A DNA stretch of 62,742 bases, filler included, from Platydemus manokwari (taxonomy: Eukaryota): NCBI GenBank assembly GCA_037951405.1. It is 6 parts of 6 records of this genome, joined end to end, with 100 filler letters (N's around TTAATTAATTAA, not from the genome) between each part and the next. Parts side by side here need not be neighbours in the genome. Positions count along the whole stretch, not along the records: positions 1 to 12,063 come from JBBMOY010321113.1; 5 more parts are not named here. One strand, written 5' to 3'. Both the position numbers and the translations under genes were made by a program. Of the stretch, positions 1-12,163 are shown one piece after another. Below the pieces are notes generated by a model. It was not told the DNA's origin, searched no databases, and saw only the letters and a list, made by a program, of their open reading frames with translations. The stretch's first letter is position 1. Every line of letters starts with the position of its first letter.

Positions 1-516
1 AATAAACTTTTAAAAAATAATTAAAAAATTCTAAATAAATATGCTTAGAAATATTCTAGAAGAAAATCAGTAATAATTTTCTTAAACTAAAAAATAAAAA
101 TTAATAGAAAATTCCAGAACAATTTGTTGAAATTAATCAATCTAATAATGTGTGTAGGAATATTATAAAAGGAGCCCATTTTTAGTAACAATGGCCAGTC
201 TTTTTTGGTCAGCAACTTCAGTGCTTAGCTTTTCAGATTTAAATTTTTGTTTGATAAAGTAACAATAAAATAAAATAAATTGAGTTTTTATGCAATGTGT
301 GAATGAGATCACAGAACATCATTAGATCTGAAAATGCTAATGGTGTACACTCATTATTATCCAATTATGTTTATCGGGAATTACTTTTATTATCTCAATG
401 CCAATAAAGTATTTTATAATTTTAAGATCTGGATTTTGATGCTTTAGTTTAGTAAGTTATCTTTTTAACTTAAAAAGTATTTTTAAAAGGAAATAAACTG
501 GAAAATAAATACTTAC

Positions 517-3500
517 TTCACTATCTTTCAAAGTACTTAGTTTCCTTTCATTTTCCAGTATCTATTAAAATTTTCAAAAACAATCTTTGGTTTGCAGATT
601 ATCAAATTACTTTAAAAATTGTATTTTGGAGTTGTGGTTTATCTTCTTTCGGTGAGATTATTGGTTTGGGTTCATCTTCAGTTTTTTCGGCTTTCTCCTT
701 TTTTTCTTTGTCCCGGTTAAGTACTTGACTGAAAGAATTTTTACCGAAAATATTAATTATTTGATGAATTTATGAGTGGTATTTAATGAAAACATCAATA
801 AGAAAATTAAAAATTATTAAGAATAAATATAATATCTACACGACACGATGAATTTAGCCTGAAGTTGTTTGTACAACCTTTCTCCTAATCGAGGCACGTC
901 CATTTGATTTCACCTCAGAAACTGGACCTACAGAACGGAATGTGTAATTTCAATTTGCTTTTGATTATGGTTTAGTCTTTTATTGAAGATGAAAGTCATT
1001 TTGGATAAATTTGCTAAGTGTTTGTTTGGCTGTCATTGGACGAATTACTTGGAAACATAAGGAAACATTTTCGTTCGTACCCATCTTTAAACAGGGCATT
1101 AAATCAAAGAGGAGATGAGGTTTACAGGTTCTTATTTAAATCTATATTGGAGAGGACTTTATCATTGTGAGGATCCCAAAATTCAAGCATATAACATCTA
1201 GATAAGTTTAACATCGTATCTTTTTGTAAATGTGTCGTGAAAAGAGAATTTTTCGTGGTTACGAGAATAATGACGTTGGAAATTATTAGTCATTTCAAAG
1301 GGATCTTAATTCCATAGCAAAGACATACGTTTGTTTTTGTTAATGGTTACTAGATTTAGTCGAAATACCAGTTCTATTATACCACCATTGTATGTAATTG
1401 CATGTAAATTTCCTTTTTATTTTTCAGTTTCTTCACTTAATTTATTTATGAATGAAATTTCAAAAACTCTAAAAACAATTGATCATTTTATTTGTTCATT
1501 GTCTAATCAGTCCAATAGAATAATTTTATAACATACAAGATTTTAACGATTTTAAAAAATATCATCATTGAAAGATTCAGTTTGTTTAAAAGTATTGGAA
1601 AACAATATTTTCGATGGATCTTTCTTTTTTGTCTCGTGTATTTTATAAAATATCTCCGACATATTTAAGGTTAAAGATATTCACACTGATTTTGTTACAT
1701 GATATTTTGGCTTAATGCATTTCATTGGGGATTAGAAAGATTGGTTGTATCAAAAATTTAAATAAAGTAAAAATGCAACTGTTAATGATAGACAATAGTT
1801 ATTAATGGGGCTATGTAAGAGCTACGATATTTGACAAAAAATTTACCATGGAAATTTTCACTGAAATTAAAATAATACGAATTTGTTAAACACAAATCCG
1901 GTTTCAATGAAAGTAAATATCAAGGTATGTTTATCAACGACCAATAGATCGATTATAAACATGATGAATTACAAGTTTTATTTGCAATGGATAAGTAGGA
2001 AGGACATTGAAAAACTCGTTTGTACGATAACCACTTGGTGAAATTGCTAATCTAACGATCTAACCACTTCAATTTTTTTTACAAAAATATAAAGACTTAA
2101 TAAAAACCCCGTTTTTTCAAAAATAAATATAAAACCTATATATTAGAAATTTATCTCAGTTTTCCTCTGAAGCATTTAATTAACCATTTGCTTATAATTT
2201 TATTTCTACTTCCACCATTAATATAAATACATAATCGATACACCATGGAATTAGGGAGAATTGCAACATGAACTAAACTAAATTCCCTTTCTAATTAAAT
2301 TCCCAACGGGAACAACAGAAATCATGAATCATGATGAAAACAATTATTTCAAATAATTATATCAAAAATGAGTTTTAAAATCAGCTAGACAGATGAATTT
2401 CAGAGCTTTTTTGAAAAGCATTTTTTTAAATTTTATTTATATTTGTTGAAGGAAGATTTAATTTTAATGATAATTTAATTCATCATTTTATAAGTTAGGA
2501 ACTTTTATGTAACATTTTGATGTTAGGAGCGGATGATATGGTTAAAAACTCTGATATATACATTATCATTATTACGCAATAAAAATGAAATGTCAAGATT
2601 TTGTTCGAATTTTATTACAAGTAAAAATCAAAATAATTTCAAACTTTAAGTTATTATATAATACAGGAAATAACTATTAAACCATCCAATATATTAATAA
2701 AATTAGCCGGAAGATATAATATAAATATCATAAATACACAGGTTCAAAGGAACGGAGAAAGTTTCGCGAGATTTTTACCTCTTTATATCATATATATAAA
2801 GCTGAAATTATATTTAATAAGAATGATAAAGTCATGAGACGTATAAGCTAATCAACAGTATGGAAACTAGTACTGTGCGTATAAGACCAACGCTAATATC
2901 TAACTCCAGCAATTATAATTGTTATTAATGTCAAAGGAGGATCAAAAAAATCACACACATAAAAGACCAACATTTCAAAGAAAAGATGATGAATGATATA
3001 GATGACCAATTATCATCATGTATATGCACACATAAATTAAAAATTCTATCTTCGAACGTTAAACAGTTTCGATATTTACGATCTCTTTAATTTATGGGTC
3101 TGTATTATTCACTTCTTTCTACAATAAAATTTGAAATATATTTTTATATCCTTTAATTAAGACAAAACAATTAATGCGTAGCTCTTTATATTATTATTAC
3201 TTTTATTGTTATTTTATTATTATTACTATTATTTTTTAATATTATTACTATTAATCATGATGACCTATTCCCGTTATAATCATTATCATTGTTATCATTA
3301 TCATTCAAAAAATGAAGTAAATTTTGTAAGAGCCACTCTTAAAGCATTTTATCAAAAAGTCATTAAAAAATGAATAAAATTGAATGTTTCATTAATTTTT
3401 TCATTAAATTTTTATGAATGATATTGATATTTACTTTGCTTTCGTTTTTAACAGCTCATAAGCTGCTGGATAATCTGACATAGCTTCTTCAAAAGCTTGT

Positions 3501-6500
3501 TTGGAAAGGCTAAATAATGTGGAAAAACCTTTTGATCTTACATCAGCAGTTCGACGATTTCCACCGGATAAGGCCAAAAGACTGAAATTAATAATTTGAA
3601 TAAATTTCGAAAGATTCAGATGAAATCTATTTATTTGGTTTTCTAATGTTTAAAAGTATTTCAATTTTAACAAACCTTATCTCACCAAAAACACTTCCTT
3701 CTTTCAGTGTTGCAAATACAATGGAATTATTTGGTCCACCGACCACTTCGACTTGACCCGTCATAACAATATACATTTCTGTTCCGACTTCCCCCTAAAT
3801 GTTATTACGTAAAAAATAAATTATTTAAAACTGAAATTATAATTAATCATTATATTAACTCATTTTTAAATGACGTAACTGATATCGATCCTAGATTTAA
3901 TCAAAACAAAAGCCAATGATAAGTGATAGCAAAACTTTTTAAAATTGCCTTATAATCGAATCTAGTAGTGAATAAATTAAAGAATAGTGGATTCGAGATA
4001 TTAATCCATACTGATAATAAAACTGACCTAAAGATCGGTCTATCAGTGAACTGTGTGTGGACTTTATAAATGGTTCCATGAGCAATCCCCAACAACCCTT
4101 ATAATAAAATGTCATTGTCTCTGATATTTAAATGTTATAAAAGTTTAATAAGGCGCTATTATTAGAGTGACTATTTTGTGAATTATCATCCTAATAAATC
4201 ATCCTATTGCTGGGTATTATAATCAACAATTTAAACTTGAAAATTATATTGTCCAAAATGTTACAATCCTAACCACAACAGCTACAGTCAAACCTCTTCT
4301 CATATCACGATAGTCTATCACACAAGATGGCATTAGCACCCAAAAGTCAACAACATATTAAAAAACCAACCAAAAAGACTGGTTACTCATGGAACTCAAC
4401 CTCTTTTATAGACATATTAGTGTGTCTGCCTAATGTTACGGATCTTTGTTTTCCATTTGCTGAATTCGTTCGTAGATCAGTCTGCTTGCAATTTTCCTCA
4501 TATCTCTTATGACATTGGCAGATAATCGAGTTTGCTGCCATTTTTAGGTATGTGCCTGTCGATTTTTAACTTATAAACATGGATTAATATTAGAACGATT
4601 CTGATTGGCTGACGGCACATCTGCTTATCGGATCTGTGTGTTGACCCTTTTTGATGTAACTCTCTTGGTTCATTTGTGATCTACCCAACACTATTATCAT
4701 TGTTAATTTATTTGATGATATTTTCCTCATTTATTATCATCATTGTCACAATAATTTTAATGATGGACACAAACATGAAAATTATTTAATATAAATATAT
4801 TTTAATTATGCTTTTATTATAACTTTTTTCCAATAGTATCTCAGTTACAAATATTGATTGAATATTTGTTTATCTACATTAACTATGAGCTTAGAATCGA
4901 AATTGAATCTTGAAATTGATAAAATTTATACTAGAGTTGTTACTGCGGTGGCTAACATCCATTGATGTTCTTATCTAGATAAGGCTGAACTTATGTTAAA
5001 TTAGAATGATAAGAATTATTATAAAAATCATTATTTTTTTTTCTATTCTTACTATAATTCTCATTTTATTTTTATTCCAAAAATGAAATACTTTTTTGCA
5101 AATGAAATCCTTTGGTAGAAATAGAACTGGTTTCAGCTTAAGAATGAGATCGGACAACAGGGTTCTTTCGCAGTCCTGATTTCAATGAATATTTTCAATT
5201 AAATTTGATAACTGAGAAAATAATAACCTGAAAAAGAGACACTTTACTTAAGATATTGAAGTGCGTATGTATTGCGAGATCTGATTTCAGTTTCGTCGGT
5301 AAGCATTCGATGAGACTGTTTTCATCTGAAACATTTCCAACCCATAAATATAAAACATATAAATAAATAAATATTATTATAATGATATGTTTGTAAATGA
5401 CATCCGCCCATGTTATCACGCTATAATAATATAGACACACCAGCATTGAGTAATACTTTATGCTTATACTTAAAAACGATTTCAAAGACTATCATTTCAA
5501 ACTTAATCCTTGGTACAGATTTCTAAAAGTTCTCATAGTGGTTTTCAATCATAAACGGAGTTTACTACATTATTTGAATTTATGATTAATAAATTTTAGT
5601 TTCTAATTAATAAATTAAAGGCCTTTAAAGAATATTTGGATTTAAAGTTTGTATTTATTCCGAATCCTTCTATTTCGTGTCTCCTCTTTTATTTAAGTCT
5701 AACGTTTACGATAGATACAATTGTTATCGAAAAATCACTTATGATAAATATAAAATATATTTATAATAAAAAATTAATGCAATCATTGTTTCTGTGAAAC
5801 TCTTATTTACGGAAAAAATACATATTCATTTTCCTTCTATTTCTCCGTGATGAAGTAAAATTATATCAATTATTTTCTGCTATTCAACCAAAACAAGCTT
5901 TTGTTGGTTTTCTCTGTTATTCATCATTTACTAATTAGCTATCCCAATTATATTTGATTCCAATAAAATCTCAATTTGAATTCAAAAGAATTTTTGATTT
6001 AAATATTTTTATCAATAGCTATTATATTAATAAAAGTTCATATTTATATTCGGAATATAATAAGAATAATAATTTATAATCGATTAAAATTAAGATGTCT
6101 TCCATGTCCGCAAATATGTAAAACAACAAAATAATACTTGTTTAAGAAATCATTGTTAGAAATGTATTAAAAAAACGCCTCCTTAGGGTTATCGAGAATG
6201 ATATCAGTGAAAATTGCTTGTATAATGTTATCAAAAAATTCAATATTAGATCTGAGACTGAAATTTAGATTTGATTCTTGAATTCAGAATTATGTAAACA
6301 ATAGATTATATCTTTAATGCCACTGAGATTGAAGTGCTAAAGATAGGTCATAGTATTATGAAGAATAATAAAACTTCAATGAAATTGTCGATACACAACA
6401 TTAAAAATTAACAAAATCACAGTACCCGAAAGATAAAAATAACTGAAAATAGAATTCCATCAGAGATTGATAAATCGAAGGTCTGCAAATGGTTAGTACA

Positions 6501-9500
6501 CGTCTGTCTATCATTTGTGTGTATGAAGATTGTTCCCATGATTTTTGTGGGTATTTTTTATAGGTTTTATCATTCAAATACCAGAAAAAATTAGTAATAT
6601 CTCAGTCATGTAAAAATCGATGTTAAAAACTTATCTATAAAAGTTGATATTATTTTAAATTAATTTGAGTAGATTTGAGTATATATATATATAATTACCC
6701 AATGTTTTGTGATGTTCCCAATTATAATTGAACCAAGTAATCACTTTATTTATCATTGCTTCAGATAGATTGAGATTCTTCATATAAAGTATGGTAATGT
6801 CCATTTTCTTTCGATAATTCGATTCATTAGCATTTGCGGCATCAAATATATCTCTAATCTAAATTAAAATTAGATAAAAAATGAGAAAGACATACTTAAA
6901 TAAAAGACATTTGGAAGTAATTATTCAAGCCACAGAATATTTATTTTATTTACCATATTGGTAATATTATTTTAATCGTTCATTCCGAGAAAATCAGCTT
7001 GAAAATTTTAAATAATAAATCGCCATTTATTTATTTTTATTTTATTCGCTTACTTGAGAAAATATAAGACAAATTATGAATTTAATAATTCCAATCTAAC
7101 CTAACTGAAGTATCTATAGGAAGGATTCTCAAACTGAACCAAATGACCTAATGAAGTTGTTTGACAATTGGAAGGTTTTTGAAAATAAAAATTACAAAAG
7201 GAAAACCTGCATAACATAAGAAAAAACTTTTCCTGATGCTTCGGTTATTACTTCGACTACGGTAAATCACATGGAAACGAAATATTGAAGAAAGTTCCAT
7301 CAAGTGTCTCGTCGAATAAATGAATTATCCAAAAATACAAAAAAAATGAAGATGTTCTCCTTACCGATCGATGACACGATCAACATATATGTTAGTAATT
7401 TTCCTTACATGTGTTGCGCCATTGGCAGATATCTGTGTTTGTTATCATTTGTAAGTATGTGCCAAATAGTTAGTATGTCTAAATATAGATTAATATTAAA
7501 AGAAATCTGATGGGCTGTTAGCACGTGCCTTTATCGGATCTGTGTGTGCCAAACATTAAAGATTATTTCCATGATTCCTGTGAACATTTTGGGTGATTTT
7601 GTGACCTACTCAACAATATTCTCCAGCAACTAAAAAAAATTATTTCTGCTCGGATATGGATTTCAAAAACATGTTAAAATAATGGAATTATTATTATTTG
7701 AAAATTAATTCCCTGAACTCATTGATCAACATTGATTTAATAATAAAACATAATGTTATTGTCTAATAAAATTATATTGCATAATATGATCATTATCATT
7801 TAAAACTGAAAATAATTTCCAAAATAATTTTTTTAGTCTCACTATTAGACGGTTAATTTTCGTAATCTTAATGATTCCAATACCTTAGTTACAAATGACC
7901 TTCAAGATGAAAGCACAAAGTTGAAATGTAAATTTTAAAATAACAGTATTGTTTATCTTTAAAAAATGAACTTCATTTATAATATAATAATCAGCTCAAC
8001 TGTATTGATAAAAATCAACCTTGCTTAGACACAAACTGAAATCTTTAATTGATTAGTAAGATACCCCACTAAATTAATGGGTCATTATCATCTCTCACAT
8101 TCACCAACAACCAAATGAAGTTCATTCATTAGATTAGAAATGAATAAATTATTTATTAAGATTATCGAATAATGTTTGTGAAATCAATAACGATTTTCGA
8201 TTTACTAAGTTGATAAAAATATGAATATAAAAACTTACTTGTCCAATCAAAACTGCAAATACAAATATCCCTGACAACCAGTAAACGTTCATGAAACAGT
8301 ATTCAGAATAATTTGTAGGGGCTGGATTGTTTCCAATCGACGTCGCCGTTTTCATGGCCCAATAAAAACAGTATATGTATCTAAAAACGCGATATTGTGA
8401 AAACAAAATACTAATAATAATTCATATATTAGAAATCGTGCTTGCAAAATGGTTGCAAATTTATTATCAAAGCTGGTAAAGGTTGTGGTAATTATTGTCT
8501 AATTCAGCGATCTTCACATTTTTTGTGTTTCGACCCACTTTACGAGTCCAAATTTTTCGATACCTCTAGAGAGTAAAACAAAAATAAAATTAATTTTTTT
8601 AACACCGAAAAATTAAAACGTATTTATTAATAACAACGATTTTGCATATTCTGGCACAAAACATCAAATTGTTGTGATTCTCGTGTGTGAATTTAGATTT
8701 TCAGCTCTGACAACCATCAAACACAAGAAACGAGCACAATTGCTGTATGTGGAAGAACACGACGAATCTTAAAGAGTTGTGCAAGAAACACCAGGCTCAA
8801 ATTTCCCACTGTGTTTTTGATAAGAATAAATCTAGTCTATTCAAACATGTATAATTTTGTTTTCATTTCATCAACAAACATGTCCAATACTCTGAACATA
8901 AATACTTTTATTTCATTTTAAAAAATAAATGCTGTTTTCAGCTTAAAACAATTAAATTATTGCACAGAGGAATGTTTCCGTGGGGTTCCTCTCCAGCAAA
9001 AAGGTTGAAAACCTTGGTCTAGTTAATATGAGGTCTACATAATACCACAATAATCGAAAATATATTTACAATTCAAAACTTATAATTTACTTTGTTTTAT
9101 AATACTAAAAATTTCATTTTTTACTACCACTTTAACAAAACCGGTTAAATATGGTTGGTTGAATAGCTATCCAACATATTATTATAAAATATTCAAAAAA
9201 TCTGTTCATAGTTTACAAAAAAAATAGTTAGATTCACAGCTCCACTTCCACAAAGTTCTTAAAATCCACCCGTAGTTTCAGATTATTCCAATCTTTGACT
9301 TTTATTATTAAATAAATTTTAAATAACTTTGTATATCTGATTTGAATTTATATTGGAACAAATAAATGCCTCTCTTGATACAAAAAAAATTGTTCCTCTA
9401 AGAATTAGATAGAAAAAGAAATAAATCACTGACTAGCTGAATTAATTGTGCCAATTATTTATGATTTCGAGTAAAACCAAGTATTCCGCTTTGTTTGAAA

Positions 9501-10849
9501 TTTGATCTCGAAATATATCAGATTTTAATTTATTAAAATAATAATTAACAAATTTATGTTATTTTATTATCAACTACTATAAAAGATTATGTTTATTCAT
9601 ATAAAAATCTCACTTCAAACGTTGATATTAGATGAAAGTAAAATTTTCCATAATATAAACGCACATTTTTTTAAAAAGACACGTGATTAGTTGATTTGAA
9701 AAACACAGCAAAGTAAAATAAGAAGATACATTTTTTAAATAACAAATATATATTGTAGATTGTTGATTTGAGAATAAAAGTAAATAAAATAAACCAATCG
9801 TGAATGAATACAATTTGAAATTGAATTTTAAAGATCATAAAAATGTTTTACATCAATGGAATTTTCAGGGAAATATTGATAGGAAACAAAACGAACAAAT
9901 AACAGTTGATTTCAACTATACTGAATATGAGTAAAATGGATGTGAAGTCCAATTCACCAGTGAGGGAATTATTAAATAGGAGTCTAAGTCTTTACAGATC
10001 GTGACGAATATAAAAGATTCTGAAACCGATTAATCGGCGAACTACAAGTCGATATTGTGAACGAGTTTATTATCAAACCACCATAACTTTTACAGGAGCG
10101 ATAAATAAAATTTCAACATATTGTTGAGCAAAGATGAAACGAAAAAAATCAATTTTGCACCCTGGAAGCATTATTTTAACATTAAGCATTTACATGCCTA
10201 TACAACAATACTGAAATGGTAATTAACCAATCACGATTAACTTAGATGGAAAATCATAATTTGAAAGAAGACATAGCCACACATTAACGCACACACACAT
10301 AGGAATCGATAAATCCCGAGTATGAAAAAAATAACCAAGTCCAATAAAAACTTGAGAAATAAACGATCAAATCAAAATATGAAACAAATGTGATACAAAA
10401 ATTGCACACCGATTTCGAGTTTAAATATCGATGTAAAGATATCCAACTGCCAATTGGAAGCCTTGAGAATATTTAGGATAGTTCGAATAAGTGATGTATC
10501 TGGTGCAATGTGGTAAATGGAATAGACGAATAAATAAAAAAGTACGGGCAATAATAAATAATAATTATTTTTATCAACATAATAATAATAATATCATATG
10601 TATTGAAATCATCTTACATTTTAAAATTTTCAGTTCAAATTTCAATACTTACGCAGAATATTGATTTGGTGCAGGTGAAAATACGAAACTATCACTGCTG
10701 AAACCGATAAACTTCGAAAATAAATAATATCCACAAGCTTCAAAATGTATGAGATAAATGATATATGACATCGTTCTCACGAATCTGACAACGTGTCCCG
10801 ATTTTGCAACGTGATCGAGAACATCAAATAATTCGAAAAATGTTTGAAA
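517..10849 (-). CDS. Cyclic nucleotide-gated channel beta subunit (TAX-2/CNGB-like), partial: S4-S5 linker through pore, S6, C-linker, CNBD and C-tail
   Basis: Manually spliced GT-AG exons with consistent phases, in transcript order: 10653-10849 ([50 protein letters not shown]...), 8239-8380 ([47 protein letters not shown]), 6699-6858 ([20 protein letters not shown]...[12 protein letters not shown]), 5228-5325 ([33 protein letters not shown]), 5092-5175 ([28 protein letters not shown]), 3676-3794 ([10 protein letters not shown]...VFGEIS), 3435-3581 ([19 protein letters not shown]...[12 protein letters not shown]), 611-728 ([10 protein letters not shown]...), 517-561 ([15 protein letters not shown]). 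The pore lacks the alpha-subunit Glu. The 5' exons lie outside this scaffold and the stop exon was not identified. Confidence 0.93.
4225..4665 (+). repeat. Interspersed repeat family A, copy 1 (non-coding, probably TE-derived)
   Basis: Aligns by eye to the reverse complement of ~37285-37780 (e.g. aaattatattgtccaaaatgttacaat; tgattggctgacggcacatctgcttatcggatctgtgtgttgacccttttt) and partly to 7420-7550. Confidence 0.75.
7420..7550 (+). repeat. Interspersed repeat family A, partial copy
   Basis: attggcagatatctgtgtttg...ttatcggatctgtgtgtg matches 4514-4640. Confidence 0.6.
8670..9017 (+). mobile_element. hAT (Charlie/Buster-type) DNA transposon 3' relic in CNG intron
   Basis: Translates [25 protein letters not shown]...[12 protein letters not shown], the C-terminal dimerisation motif of Charlie/Buster transposases. 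Ends in ggggttcct...aaggttgaaaaccttg, resembling a Charlie-type terminus. Confidence 0.7.
10220..10345 (+). repeat. Interspersed repeat family B (second copy ~23340-23455)
   Basis: aaccaatcac...ttagatgg...ttgaaa..a..ccacaca.taac.cacaca...tcga..aatccc is shared between the two scaffolds. Confidence 0.6.
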
Positions 10850-11149
10850 CTAAAAATTTTAAAAAAGAATAATCTAACTTTTAAAAGACATAAATAGATA
10901 TATACAGTAATTTTTGAGGCTCTCACCTCAATTTATTTACAGATTTAACTTTATTTTATATAATATTCATTCACTCGGTTCGCTTGCTTCTACACATTAT
11001 ACGAAAAGAAAGGTAAATTCGTCAAAAATTTAAATTCCATCATATTATTGATATTTTATAATATGTGAGAATTGAATAATCACAGAAACCGAAATGCCCT
11101 TGTATATGTAATTTCCAACAAAAGTTTAAAACAGGACCGAATTAATGAA

Positions 11150-12063
11150 GGTTCATCATCTGAAGAAAAGTCAGATAATGATTTCTTAAAAGTTAGTAGC
11201 AGTGGTTGGAAAATATTAGGAAATATAAGTAGGACAATATAATAATAAATATTACCAAAATAAATCTTTTATCCGATAATTGTTATTTTCCTTTACCATT
11301 TGAAAAACAAAACCCTAAAGAATGTAGAAAACAATGTCAACAAATGTTTAATGTATTCTTTATTAGCCCGTTTATATTTAGTCGATCTTAAAAACATTCA
11401 AAAAAGCGAGTCCTTATATAAACCATACTGATATTAATGATGTTAATTATTGATATTAATCATATAATATCGATTGAATTTCCTTTTCCAACTCCTATCA
11501 CCGAAATTAAAATATTTGAAAGAAAAGATAATTTGAAAATAAATGTTTATGACGATTAAACCAACAGATTACCATAAATGGCAAAAATGTTGTCTAATGA
11601 AAGAAAAATTTACAATGTATTCCCGATTTGTTTTTCTATAAAAGAAAAATTTGATCAAAACATAAATTATTATATTTAGAATAAAATGGTAAGCGTCATA
11701 ATTTTTATTTTAAATATTTTTAATCTTGTTATGAAGTCAAAAATTAAATACTTGTGACAGAAAATAGTTTTCAAAATAATCAGAGAATATGCGATAAAGA
11801 TGATAATGAATACACAAGGGTAATATAACCTACATCTGCTAATAATATTTTTAAATTTATAAATTATAATAATCCAAATAATAATAAAATGAATGTGTTT
11901 ATATATAAATTAATAAATTCAAAGGAAAACAAAAAAGTTTTAAATAAGCAGGGTTAGTGATGTGTTTATTTAAAATCGATGTATCAAAATAGCCTCATTT
12001 AATTACGATTCATCAAACTAATTTCAAGAAGAAAATTTTTTTAACAAATTTATGGAAATTTTT
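11150..12063 (+). mobile_element. Decayed Polinton/Maverick (adintovirus-like) protein-primed DNA polymerase B ORF, N-terminal region
   Basis: Frameshifted translation gives, in order: SSSGWKILGNIS; INITKINLLSDNCYFPLP; KNKTLKNVENNVNKCLMYSLLARLY; IEFPFPTPITEIKIFERKDNLKINVY; IYNVFPICFS; KLLYLE*NGKRHNFYFK. This matches the recalled Polinton PolB N-terminal series GSGW / Y..LP / N.DNKCF..SILA.L / F..P..I..FE..N..INV / L..HY. Truncated by the scaffold end. Confidence 0.68.
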
Positions 12064-12163
12064 NNNNNNNNNNNNNNNNNNNNNNNNNNNNNNNNNNNNN
12101 NNNNNNNTTAATTAATTAANNNNNNNNNNNNNNNNNNNNNNNNNNNNNNNNNNNNNNNNNNNN
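12064..12163. other. Artificial scaffold-joining linker
   Basis: N44-TTAATTAATTAA-N44; the core gives stops in all six frames; 100 nt. Confidence 0.98.

Noticed and set aside
163-255. Candidate terminal CNG exon IKQKFKSEKLSTEVADQKRLAIVTKNGLLL*
   Set aside because: No AG acceptor found at its 5' edge, so it cannot be joined to the model with confidence.
10927-10980. Candidate upstream CNG exon ending at a gtgaga donor
   Set aside because: The required phase-0 frame has an immediate stop and no S4 arginine repeat.
12108-12119. Recurring palindromic TTAATTAATTAA about every 10 kb
   Set aside because: Always embedded in exactly 44+44 N; it is an assembly spacer.
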